This document shows, one piece after another, positions 27,706-35,985 of a stretch of DNA of 64,000 nucleotides. A program made the translations under genes and the position numbers. Source of the stretch: an uncultured Bacilli bacterium (GTDB lineage: Bacteria; Bacillota_I; Bacilli_A; RF39; UBA660); the NCBI GenBank assembly GCA_947628065.1, contig CANQYK010000001.1, positions 7,372 to 71,371 on the forward strand. The letters are read 5' to 3'. A model generated the notes under the pieces. That model did no database searches. It was not told the DNA's origin and was given only the letters and a program-made list of their open reading frames with translations. Position 1 is the first letter of the stretch. Each line of letters starts with the position of its first letter.

Positions 27706-30607
27706 ATTCTTCCGTTCCTTTTTGACTCATATACTCATGATAACAATTATCTTTTGTTGGAACTTTACTTTTCGCAGAACAACTATTACCAGTTGCATTA
27801 TTACATCCAATTACCCCACGTTTTATAATGATATCCTTGAATTCATTTAAGAAGGGACTCTTATAAACTGTTAAACCATCCTGTTCTTGTGTACTGTTTC
27901 CTTTGGTTTGTAAGAACGTACCATTTTCTTCGTTGTATTTTCTAATCCTTTCAAGATCATTCACATCTAAGTGAAATTTATAATCCAATTCATTGGAATC
28001 TGAGTAAATACTATCACCTTTTTTCTCAATATCAGTGATTAAAGATGACGGCTGTACCAAATATTCACTATTTTCTAAGTTTGTTCCATTACAATTCCAA
28101 TTGAACCTAGGATCTTTTATAAAGACATGATTTAAGTCAATCGTTCGGAAAATTAAATCATTGGTTACTGGTGTAATATCATCTGGATCACTTGGCTGTG
28201 GATCATCTGGTGAAGGCGTAGTATCATCTGGATTTGGATTATGCGGTTCTTTTGGATCCGGGTCATCCGGTGGACAAGTTCCTAATTCTTCACATGGACA
28301 AGTACCAGTCTCTTCACATAGTGGATTTTGAATCAAAGCATAAAAACAGCTAATATCAAAATTCCAACCAAAGTAACCATAGTTTTGAACTTTTACATTA
28401 ATATTCATTTTTGTATTGCTTTCAATCGCACTTTTCTCTTCTCCTGTTGGAAGGCTTCCATCACCATAAACTTTCCAGTCATACCAATCAACATTTGTAT
28501 TAACGGTAGTTAATTTTGTACAATATTGTTCTCCAACTTCAGTCACACCAATATCAGAACTTGGAGTATGTGTTGTTTGACCAGACTTATTATTAATATA
28601 ATTTTTAGGGAAAGTAAGTAAATCACGATAGTCATAACAGGTACAAGAATCATCGCCTTGCAACATAGCTTGATTATCAGTTTTACAATCTTCTTGTTCT
28701 TTTTGTGTTTCTGCCGTACAACTGCCTTCTTCACCAACATAAGTATTTCCCATACAGATACCAGTTGTATCTTTTACTATACTACCTTTATGCAATCCTT
28801 TATCCATACTTTCGCCATTCCAGAAATTATCCGTTACATTCTCACTATTTTGGCGTTGTTTTGCATCGTATAGATTTTGTGCTTCTGTTTCTTTACCAGC
28901 ATATTTTGTTTTATCATCAACTGTTATTTCATATGTTCCAACCGAATCATTACACTCTTTCATTACACCAGAACATTTAGTTTGATCGGCCAAACAAGCT
29001 TCTACTTGCTCATCAGATAAGCCGCAACCTCTAGCATCCGCTTTCCACTGATCCATTGCTTGATTATAATCATCTACTCTTTCTTTATAACTAGTAGTAG
29101 AATCATCACAAAGATTAAATTTACAATCGGCTCCACAATTTCCTAGTTTTATAAATCCATTTTCTGCATGCCAATTAACCTCATCACTCTGTAATAGTGA
29201 TAATGTACTTGTTGCTTGCGATACATCTTGAAAATAGAAAATAGCTACATTACTAGGACAAGTTCCTGCACTAACCCATTGTAACGTTTTTTTATCAACA
29301 TATCCACCTGGGTTCTGTTGTTTGAATTTAACAAGAGCATCCACTAAAACTGGATCATTATAAGGTACTTTTTTATCAATATATTTGTCACCACCCGCAT
29401 AACCAATAGTACATCCATCTACTACTACTTCTTCTCCTGCTAAGCGCTTAACATAATTATTTTCTTTCTTTTGATATGACAACAAATTATTGGTACTTAC
29501 TTTTTGATCTTTAAAAACTTTATCTACATAAACTTTCTTATAGCAACTATCAATACATTTTTGAGAATATTTTCCATTGTCACATTGATTAATACATTGA
29601 TCAAACTCTTCATTTGGACCTGCTTGTGGACCTACTGTGGCATCTTTGTGTCTACATTCTGGTTGATCATAACATGCGATTGGCTCTGCTGGGGGTGCTT
29701 TCAAAAATTCTGTAACACACTCAACCGTTGATTTTATCTCCGTAACATATTGAAAACACATACCAGATTGTGTCTCAATTGGAGGATCAAATGTAACAGT
29801 AATTGCTTCTTTACATTTCTTATAACAATAATTTTCTGTTTTTTCATCTACGTGTGTTTTTGTTACTGATTTTTTTTCATCGCTATAATAATCACATTGT
29901 AATGCGCCTGGATTCTTTACATCTTCTGTTGTCTGTTCATCACTAAAAAGATTTTGAAGTCTACCAGAAGGTTTTCCAGATAATTGTCTTTCAAATCGTT
30001 CCTGTTGTTCACGAATCGTATCAAACGTAACGTTACCAAAGTTTGTAGCCTGTTTTACATAACAAGCAGGAACAACTAATTGTGCTTCTTTTTGACGACT
30101 TTTATATTTTTCACGAAAGGTTGTACAAATTGAATTAGAATAAAAAGCATTATCTTCTCCTGCTTGATAGTGTATACTTAATTCTCCTATTTTTGCACCT
30201 GCATAACACGTAACACCATTAATATCTACATCTTCTTTCAAACGAACATCAACTACTATAATTTTTCCTGGCGCATTTTGAAATTTACTTGGATGAATTA
30301 CCCATGGATGTTTTTCAGCTGAAGATTGATAAGCAGGATCACCAATTTTTAAATGTGAATCAACATTTTGAAATTCATAAAACGCTTGATCTTCATCTAA
30401 AGCTTTAATCTTTCTCCAACTAATACTATCAAAGTTAAAAAAATCAGATACTTCTTGAGCAGATATATTTTTCTCACATTCACATTCTTTATTTTTTATT
30501 TGTTCTTCTGTACATCTTTTTATAGCAAACACATCAATATCAGAGGAAATAATTACAGATAGTATAAATAGAAATAAAATCATTTTTCCCATCTTTTTAT
30601 ATCTCAT
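27704..30607 (-). CDS. large secreted cysteine-rich protein with a Pro/Asp-rich linker
   Basis: A signal-like N-terminus (MGKMILFLFILSVIISSDIDVFA) is present, and dozens of Cys residues are spread over about 970 aa. The linker reads CPCEELGTCPPDDPDPKEPHNPNPDDTTPSPDDPQPSDPDDITP. There is no C-terminal sorting signal or TM segment. The start is ambiguous (30616, 30607 or 30592), and I prefer 30607 on GAGG spacing. Confidence 0.6.
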   Translation of the reverse strand: MRYKKMGKMILFLFILSVIISSDIDVFAIKRCTEEQIKNKECECEKNISAQEVSDFFNFDSISWRKIKALDEDQAFYEFQNVDSHLKIGDPAYQSSAEKHPWVIHPSKFQNAPGKIIVVDVRLKEDVDINGVTCYAGAKIGELSIHYQAGEDNAFYSNSICTTFREKYKSRQKEAQLVVPACYVKQATNFGNVTFDTIREQQERFERQLSGKPSGRLQNLFSDEQTTEDVKNPGALQCDYYSDEKKSVTKTHVDEKTENYCYKKCKEAITVTFDPPIETQSGMCFQYVTEIKSTVECVTEFLKAPPAEPIACYDQPECRHKDATVGPQAGPNEEFDQCINQCDNGKYSQKCIDSCYKKVYVDKVFKDQKVSTNNLLSYQKKENNYVKRLAGEEVVVDGCTIGYAGGDKYIDKKVPYNDPVLVDALVKFKQQNPGGYVDKKTLQWVSAGTCPSNVAIFYFQDVSQATSTLSLLQSDEVNWHAENGFIKLGNCGADCKFNLCDDSTTSYKERVDDYNQAMDQWKADARGCGLSDEQVEACLADQTKCSGVMKECNDSVGTYEITVDDKTKYAGKETEAQNLYDAKQRQNSENVTDNFWNGESMDKGLHKGSIVKDTTGICMGNTYVGEEGSCTAETQKEQEDCKTDNQAMLQGDDSCTCYDYRDLLTFPKNYINNKSGQTTHTPSSDIGVTEVGEQYCTKLTTVNTNVDWYDWKVYGDGSLPTGEEKSAIESNTKMNINVKVQNYGYFGWNFDISCFYALIQNPLCEETGTCPCEELGTCPPDDPDPKEPHNPNPDDTTPSPDDPQPSDPDDITPVTNDLIFRTIDLNHVFIKDPRFNWNCNGTNLENSEYLVQPSSLITDIEKKGDSIYSDSNELDYKFHLDVNDLERIRKYNEENGTFLQTKGNSTQEQDGLTVYKSPFLNEFKDIIIKRGVIGCNNATGNSCSAKSKVPTKDNCYHEYMSQKGTEE

Positions 30608-31379
30608 TTTTATCATCCTCGCTTTCTTCCATTCTGGCTTTTATTTTTTCATAGTTTTTTGCTACCTTCACGTTTGCTAACGTTTGCTTTTCCATAGACC
30701 TCATCTTTCTTGCTTCTACAATAAAAGAATAACTAACTTTATTTCCATAAAATCGAGTACAAGTAAGAAGTGATAAAAGTTGATCACTTTCTTCTACTTC
30801 CGTATCAATAGAAAAAAGAGTTTCTTTCTTCGCATTTTCAATATAATCTTTTAATTCTTCTTTGGTATATTCATTTTTCGATAACAATCTAGCTTCTTGA
30901 TTGCCTATTAAATTAATAGCATAAATTCGATATATCTCTGTTTTTCCTTCTGCATTCGTATAAGCAATAAACTGATGTTTTTTTACAAAATCAGGATAGA
31001 TAAAAGACAGTAATTGTTCAAAATTTTTCATAGTGTTATCACCAACAATAGGATTTTTGGAAACATTTCGAATATTATGAGATGCAAAACTAATGTGATT
31101 GCTCTTATTACTTATTGTTGCCATAGTCCAAGCATATTGATCCTCTTCTGTATAATCCGGTTGATTCATCGATACAATTGTAAGAGGCAAATCAATATTG
31201 GTACCTTCTACTTGAATCCATCCTGCCACAATTGCTCCTTTTTTTTCAAATTTTTTCATCTGCTCTACTCTATCTTCCCCACGATATACAGTATGCTTTC
31301 TTTCTTTCATAAAAAAGAAGAAAGAAAGAGAAAGAAAGAAAACACTTAAAATAATCAAAACTATTTTCTTCTTTTTCAT
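30597..31379 (-). CDS. class B sortase-like transpeptidase
   Basis: The protein has an N-terminal TM anchor. It is collinear with my recollection of S. aureus SrtB: IVAGWIQVEGTNIDLPL vs IVGWIKLSGTSLNYPV, ASHN...GDNTMKNF vs YGHHVGDNTMF, LLSLLTCTR vs IMTLSTC, and SFIVEARK vs RIVVVAK. Candidate His, Cys and Arg catalytic residues are present. Confidence 0.75.
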   Translation of the reverse strand: MKKKKIVLIILSVFFLSLSFFFFMKERKHTVYRGEDRVEQMKKFEKKGAIVAGWIQVEGTNIDLPLTIVSMNQPDYTEEDQYAWTMATISNKSNHISFASHNIRNVSKNPIVGDNTMKNFEQLLSFIYPDFVKKHQFIAYTNAEGKTEIYRIYAINLIGNQEARLLSKNEYTKEELKDYIENAKKETLFSIDTEVEESDQLLSLLTCTRFYGNKVSYSFIVEARKMRSMEKQTLANVKVAKNYEKIKARMEESEDDKNEI

Positions 31380-31392
31380 TTTATTGCCTCCT

Positions 31393-33225
31393 CTATTTTG
31401 AAACTACAAAAGGAGATTCTATAGTACCTTGTCCTTCTTTAATTATAATATTATCATCAAAATAAGCTCTTATTTTTACTGCTGCTTTTATTTGTGGATC
31501 CAATTCATCAAGATAAGGAACCGTTCCACTATAATACACTAAATAACGTCGATTATTATTTTTTGAAGATTCCAATAACCAATAAGCATTCGTAGTAGTA
31601 TCATTTGATTTGGCACTAAAAATAGTGAAAGTAGAAGGAGCACTTAATCTTACTTTGTATTTTTTCACTTCTTTATTTCCATTATAAACAACTTTATCTT
31701 TATAAATTGGTACTTCTATTTCTTGATTTTTTAACAATGACGTATCCATATATTTTGTCATATTTTGATTAATTTTATAACCAATACTATTTTTATTTTT
31801 TGGATCATAAATAGATGTATTCTTATAATTAATTTCTTCTATTACACCATCACTTGCAAGTATATCTACCATCGTTATTTCTGTCGTATTATCTTTTATA
31901 CCAGAAATTCGAAATAAATAGCTAGAATAGCGAACATATTCTCCAATTTGACGTGTATTAATTTTACTATTTCTCTTTACTTTCTCCTTTGTTTTTAATA
32001 TATAAGGATCCGTTTTTGTTCCAGTACCACTTACGATTCTTGTATTATTTTTTAATACAAGAGCTGGTTTTACATTAAATATTTTATCCGTCTCCATTTC
32101 ATATATTGTATTTTCTAAAGTGGAACCTTCAATCAAAGTATAGGGTAGTTTTTCATCTGAAAAATTACTATACCATGTAAGAGCAGAAGATGATAAATAA
32201 CTTTTGTTGTAAGAATCTAACGTACTAATATAATCTTGAATGGATAATATACCAACTTTTCTCTCATCACTATAGCGATCACAAGTTTCTTTTTTTAGAT
32301 TACTTTTTGGAACAATATCATCACACCATTTATTTTCCATAATCATTTTTTGATAATCTTCTTCTAATAAATTATAAAAATATTGATTTAACCATTGATC
32401 AAGACTACTGCCAGCAAAACGACCATTTTTATCACTATAGTCAACATTAGCAAGGGAATCATTACTAACGATTAAAACAGTACCATTTTCATTTACTTTT
32501 ACAATACGAAATAACATATTATTAAACAATACATAATTTTCTAAACTACTCCCGACATAAATATTTCCCGTTTGTTCTGTTGCTTTTTTTATCGTATCCG
32601 ATAATTTTTCAATTACCTCCACCGTTCGTTCTACTGTTGTTTTATTATCAAGACTATCTTTTGCAGTATATGAAATTGTATAAACACCAACTTTATTGGT
32701 ATCTACACTTCCTTTCGTAATAACACTACTAGTACTAATTACCCCATCAATATTATCTTTTACACTTTTAATACCAGCATCTTGATAGTTACTTCCTCGA
32801 CTAATAACCATATTTTCTTCTCCATTCATTTCAATCGTTGGTCCTTCATGATCGATATCACTTTCGAAAGAAGCACATTTTAGATAAGTATAATATTTCT
32901 GTCCATTTTTTGTATTTTTGGCTCTTACTGTTGATTTTTTAATATCACAATCTACTGTTCCATTAGAAATTGTTAATTCTCGGTCCAAATATTTCTGTTT
33001 TACAAGTGTTTCCATAGAAACAGAAAGAATTCTATTTTCATCCTTTGGCAGACTATTTTGATTTACTTCAAAATATTTTTTACCTGCTTGAAAAAAGATT
33101 TCTTCATTCTTTTTAAAAGCACGCATCGGAGAAAAATAGCCAAACCAAACAAATACGAAAACGAATACTGCAATACATAAAATAAGACTCCATTTCAATA
33201 TTTTATTTTTTAACTCTTTTGTCAT
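31393..33225 (-). CDS. membrane-anchored surface protein with a DUF5011-like Ig domain and a C-terminal lectin-like (DUF6273-like) domain
   Basis: An N-terminal TM segment (WSLILCIAVFVFVFVWFGYF) is present. GPTIEMNGEENMVISRGSNYQDAGIKSVKDNIDG...VGVYTISYTAKDSLDNKTTVERTVEV fits the DUF5011 pattern. NYVLFNNMLFRIVKVN, SSLDQWLN, VGILSIQDY, YWLLESS, and VKPALVL followed by GTGTKTDPY parallel the C-domain of 14776..16404. Confidence 0.6.
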   Translation of the reverse strand: MTKELKNKILKWSLILCIAVFVFVFVWFGYFSPMRAFKKNEEIFFQAGKKYFEVNQNSLPKDENRILSVSMETLVKQKYLDRELTISNGTVDCDIKKSTVRAKNTKNGQKYYTYLKCASFESDIDHEGPTIEMNGEENMVISRGSNYQDAGIKSVKDNIDGVISTSSVITKGSVDTNKVGVYTISYTAKDSLDNKTTVERTVEVIEKLSDTIKKATEQTGNIYVGSSLENYVLFNNMLFRIVKVNENGTVLIVSNDSLANVDYSDKNGRFAGSSLDQWLNQYFYNLLEEDYQKMIMENKWCDDIVPKSNLKKETCDRYSDERKVGILSIQDYISTLDSYNKSYLSSSALTWYSNFSDEKLPYTLIEGSTLENTIYEMETDKIFNVKPALVLKNNTRIVSGTGTKTDPYILKTKEKVKRNSKINTRQIGEYVRYSSYLFRISGIKDNTTEITMVDILASDGVIEEINYKNTSIYDPKNKNSIGYKINQNMTKYMDTSLLKNQEIEVPIYKDKVVYNGNKEVKKYKVRLSAPSTFTIFSAKSNDTTTNAYWLLESSKNNNRRYLVYYSGTVPYLDELDPQIKAAVKIRAYFDDNIIIKEGQGTIESPFVVSK

Positions 33226-33254
33226 ACATATCTCCTATTCTTATCCTCTATTTA

Positions 33255-33283
33255 ATTATATAAAAAGTTAAAATCACTGTCAA
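33255..33283 (-). promoter_or_regulatory. sigma-A-type promoter for the 31393..33225 / sortase / 970-aa unit
   Basis: The minus strand reads TTGACA (33278..33283), a 17-nt spacer, then TATAAT (33255..33260), about 30 nt upstream of the start codon. Confidence 0.5.
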
Positions 33284-33334
33284 GAAATAACCAATTAAAA
33301 ATACTTTTTAATAAAAATAATTTCATAACAGAAA

Positions 33335-33360
33335 AGAAAATAAGTTTGTTCTTATTTTCT
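33335..33360 (-). terminator. possible terminator after the 59-aa ORF
   Basis: AGAAAATAAG-6-nt loop-CTTATTTTCT forms a 10-bp stem, followed on the minus strand by TTTCTGTT. Confidence 0.4.
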
Positions 33361-33388
33361 ATAGATTTTTCTTTCTTTAAAAGATGTA

Positions 33389-33568
33389 TTAACAATTTCC
33401 ATTTTGTACACAATTATTTAAATCCTTCGCAATTTCTTTTCCAAAGTCAGTGGAAGAATCATGTTCAAAGCTAATCGTTCCTAACAATAAAAATAACATT
33501 AAACTTCCCATTAGCAATAAACCATATAAAATTGTCGAAATTGCAAATCCTTTTTCTCCTAATTTCAT
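33389..33568 (-). CDS. 59-aa pilin/pseudopilin-like small protein (not in the ORF track)
   Basis: My translation is MKLGEKGFAISTILYGLLLMGSLMLFLLLGTISFEHDSSTDFGKEIAKDLNNCVQNGNC. The ATG directly abuts the stop of 33569..34132 (TAAATG). The N-terminus resembles a class III prepilin signal (EKG/F plus a hydrophobic helix) but has Thr where Glu5 is expected. A C-terminal Cys-x5-Cys is present. Confidence 0.5.
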   Translation of the reverse strand: MKLGEKGFAISTILYGLLLMGSLMLFLLLGTISFEHDSSTDFGKEIAKDLNNCVQNGNC

Positions 33569-34123
33569 TTATTCCTCCACAACCTCAATATTTGCATGAA
33601 AATGATTGGTTTTATCAACGATAAAATTGCTATTCATTGCCCAAATCCGAATCGAATAATCTTCTTGCTCCCCTGCTTTTAATATATCTTCATGAATCAT
33701 ACCACCATCATATTCTGATAATACAAAAGCATCCGGTGCCAAATGATCTTTTCTTAAGCTTAATTTTAATAGTTCCATTGGAATCTTTTTCTCACTACAA
33801 CCACACGCTTCTATTTCTTCCTCATTTTCTTTTATCATAATTTTATATTTTATATCCTTTAAAGTATTATTATGAACCGTAAACGAATATGCTGGAGAGG
33901 TAAGCCCAACAGCATCACTTACTGGTTGAAACTTCTTCATCGTAATTTGATTCCCACTTTTGGTATGAAATACAACTTCCATTTCGCCAACATCGTAATC
34001 CTTCTCACTTTGTTTTGCAAATTTTTGATAAATAAAATAAGTTGAAAAAATAGCAAAGGCTAGTAAAAAGAAAATAGTAACAGTACTTTTTAATAGATGC
34101 TTTTTATAACCATTTAAATTCAT
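33569..34123 (-). CDS. membrane-anchored protein with a TasA/camelysin-like beta-sandwich domain
   Basis: A TM segment (VTIFFLLAFAIFSTYFIY) is present. GEMEVVFHTKSGNQITMKKFQPVSDAVGLTSPAYSFTVHNNTLKDIKYKIMI parallels residues of about 40 to 100 of 14776..16404 (GTLKIDFEEGDTINLENTGTLSDEEGLESKPYTFTITNSGDITAYYMISF). The ORF opens at GTG 34132, and ATG 34123 is preferred. Confidence 0.55.
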   Translation of the reverse strand: MNLNGYKKHLLKSTVTIFFLLAFAIFSTYFIYQKFAKQSEKDYDVGEMEVVFHTKSGNQITMKKFQPVSDAVGLTSPAYSFTVHNNTLKDIKYKIMIKENEEEIEACGCSEKKIPMELLKLSLRKDHLAPDAFVLSEYDGGMIHEDILKAGEQEDYSIRIWAMNSNFIVDKTNHFHANIEVVEE

Positions 34124-34269
34124 TTTCTCCACCTCTTCTTCATTGTAAAGCTTGTTTTTTAATTCGTCAATGAAAAATAGGCTCTTTTACAACTTATTTT
34201 GTAAAGATTTATAAAAAAACTCTTGCATATCTTTCTTTTTTGTTATATAGTTATATTGCACTTATAAAT

Positions 34270-34346
34270 GTCCGCGTAGCTCAGCTGGATAGAGCAATCG
34301 CCTTCTAAGCGATCGGTCGCGTGTTCGAATCACGCCGTGGACACCA
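34270..34346 (+). tRNA. tRNA-Arg (anticodon TCT)
   Basis: A cloverleaf is readable by eye: acceptor GTCCGCG/CGTGGAC, D-arm TAGCTCAGCTGGATAGAGC, anticodon stem ATCGC/GCGAT with loop CTTCTAA, and T-arm GTGTTCGAATCACGC. The 3' CCA is encoded. Confidence 0.9.
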
Positions 34347-34355
34347 CTTAAAAAT

Positions 34356-34376
34356 AACGACTTTGAAAGTCGTTTT
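34356..34376. terminator. hairpin after the tRNA
   Basis: The hairpin is AACGACT-ttgaa-AGTCGTT, flanked by A and T runs. Confidence 0.45.
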
Positions 34377-34641
34377 AAAAAAAGAAAGAATTGATCGGAA
34401 AAGATTCTTTCTTTTTTTCTACATTACTGCCTCTTCTAAGGTTGCCGAATTATGGAATTACCAAAGACTATAAGACAGTAAGGGCTGTTCCATTACATGG
34501 TAGTATTAAGACTAAAATTTTACTAACCGACTCGTTTCAGAAGAGGTTAACTAAAATGTATATCTGATATCCACCGATGTATACCAATGGTAATCCCTAT
34601 AAAATTTTACCTTATTACTAAGGGTAAGAATATTTTCTTAC
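34376..34641 (-). ncRNA. candidate non-coding RNA of about 265 nt, class unknown
   Basis: The minus strand carries the promoter TTGACA (34672..34677), an 18-nt spacer, then TGcTAGAAT (34648..34653). No ORF follows. There are internal hairpins, including CCUUA-GUAA-UAAGG, and long-range pairing of CCUCUUCU with AGAAGAGG (34430..34437 and 34539..34546). The transcript ends at the 34383..34418 terminator. Confidence 0.4.
34383..34418. terminator. bidirectional intrinsic terminator
   Basis: AGAAAGAAT-tgatcggaaaag-ATTCTTTCT is flanked by A7 upstream and T7 downstream, so it can terminate in both orientations. Confidence 0.55.
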
Positions 34642-34753
34642 AATCCCATTCTAGCACGTTTTGTCGATTTTTGTCAATTTTTATCTGCTAATTTTAAGAA
34701 AATCTTTTTTTTTCTATTTCTTTTTGTTATGATTATAAAAAGGTGGGATTGCA

Positions 34754-35080
34754 ATGTTTCTCAAAGTAGGAAAGAAAAAAATTAAAATTAAAACCCTAAA
34801 TACTTTTTTAGAACGCATCAAAAGTTTTCGCTTTCAACTAGAGCCGATTACAACAGGATTATATTTTCCAAAGAAAAAGGGAATTAACACCTACTTTTTT
34901 TGTCAACGCGTTGATATTATTTTAACGGATGAGAACAATAAAATTTTATATTTGTATCCTTCTTGTAAAAGTGAAAAAATTATTTTTCACAAACGAAAAG
35001 CAAAACAAATTTATCTTTTTCCTATTGGGGTTTCCAAAGTTTATAAAGTTGGAGATACTCTAAAAATAGAAGAAAACTAA
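34754..35080 (+). CDS. small hypothetical protein (possibly DUF192-like)
   Basis: This is a 108-aa ORF preceded by AAAGGTGGG. The family assignment is only a weak pattern impression. Confidence 0.35.
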   Translation: MFLKVGKKKIKIKTLNTFLERIKSFRFQLEPITTGLYFPKKKGINTYFFCQRVDIILTDENNKILYLYPSCKSEKIIFHKRKAKQIYLFPIGVSKVYKVGDTLKIEEN

Positions 35081-35976
35081 TTTCTTCTATTTTTGCTAAT
35101 AAGAGCCATTGGGATCGATAATTGATTGATGCGCTCTATAATTCTTTTTGCTTTTACTTTATCATAATTAGTAATACTTAAATTATTTTCTAATTCATCC
35201 ATCGTTAAATTAGAAGTAAAAAATGTTGGTAAGTGTTCATCCATCCGATATTGTAGGATAGGACCTAAGACTTCATCCCTACTCCAAGCGGTTGTGTTTT
35301 CTGCTCCAATATCATCCAAAAGTAGTAAAGGAGCTTTTTTTATAAACTCATACTTTTCATCATAATCGGATCCAAACGATGCTTTTAAGCTTCTTAATAG
35401 TTCTGGATAATAAACTAAAACACTTGATACTTCCTTTTTGGCAAGCTCATTAAAAAGCGCTGCTATTAAATAGGTTTTCCCACTTCCAAACGAACCATGT
35501 AAATAGATTCCTTTTTTTCTTTCTCCTTTTTCATAAGAATCAATAAATTCCTTAAAATATTTAATAATAGGAAGGCGATTCTTATCATCTTTATAAACAT
35601 CTTTAAATGATGCCTTTTTGATCTCTTTTGGTAAATCAAAACAAGTAATATTGTGCTGATAAGCATATTTTTTTTCTTGGCTCTTATAATACGGGCAAGC
35701 CTCATAAGAAAAGTTAAGTCCCTTCCCTTCTATTTTGGAAGAAAGAACATGACCTTTTAATAAATTCTTACACTCTTCGATGGAAGAACAATTTCTACAG
35801 TGAACATATTCTTCCTTTGCTTCCTCTAGTCTTGTCGTATAATTTTGTAATGCTTCATCACTTAGATCAATCTTTTCTACATATTCTCTAAAATCTTTAT
35901 CACTACAAGCATCCATATAAGCTTGTTTTAATTTGATTTGATTTTCTTTTGGTAATGTTTTTCCAACTTGTATCAC
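35077..35976 (-). CDS. dnaI: primosomal helicase loader DnaI
   Basis: The N-terminus is Cys/His-rich (HCRNCSS...ECKN...CPYY). The AAA+ core has the motifs LHGSFGSGKTYL and LLLLDDIGAE. The protein is 299 aa. Confidence 0.7.
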   Translation of the reverse strand: MIQVGKTLPKENQIKLKQAYMDACSDKDFREYVEKIDLSDEALQNYTTRLEEAKEEYVHCRNCSSIEECKNLLKGHVLSSKIEGKGLNFSYEACPYYKSQEKKYAYQHNITCFDLPKEIKKASFKDVYKDDKNRLPIIKYFKEFIDSYEKGERKKGIYLHGSFGSGKTYLIAALFNELAKKEVSSVLVYYPELLRSLKASFGSDYDEKYEFIKKAPLLLLDDIGAENTTAWSRDEVLGPILQYRMDEHLPTFFTSNLTMDELENNLSITNYDKVKAKRIIERINQLSIPMALISKNRRN

Positions 35977-35985
35977 GTTATCACC

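Noticed and set aside
34376-34641. The candidate ncRNA could be the SRP (scRNA), 6S, tmRNA or RNase P RNA.
   Set aside because: I could not find the SRP domain IV core (GGAA-type loop flanked by AGCA/GGU-type loops with a G-rich 5' strand). The RNase P P4 sequence GAGGAAAGUCC is absent, as is a tmRNA tRNA-like 3' end. The 5'/3' end pairing expected for 6S is also missing. The class is left open.
34133-34760. A prophage or integrative element could be inserted at tRNA-Arg.
   Set aside because: There is no integrase gene and no duplicated copy of the tRNA 3' end (att repeat) in the flanks. The downstream genes are housekeeping (dnaI, comEC, comEA).
35466-35705. A 79-aa same-strand alternative-frame ORF lies inside dnaI.
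   Set aside because: It is embedded in the conserved AAA+ core of DnaI in another frame, is highly basic and low-complexity, and has no RBS.
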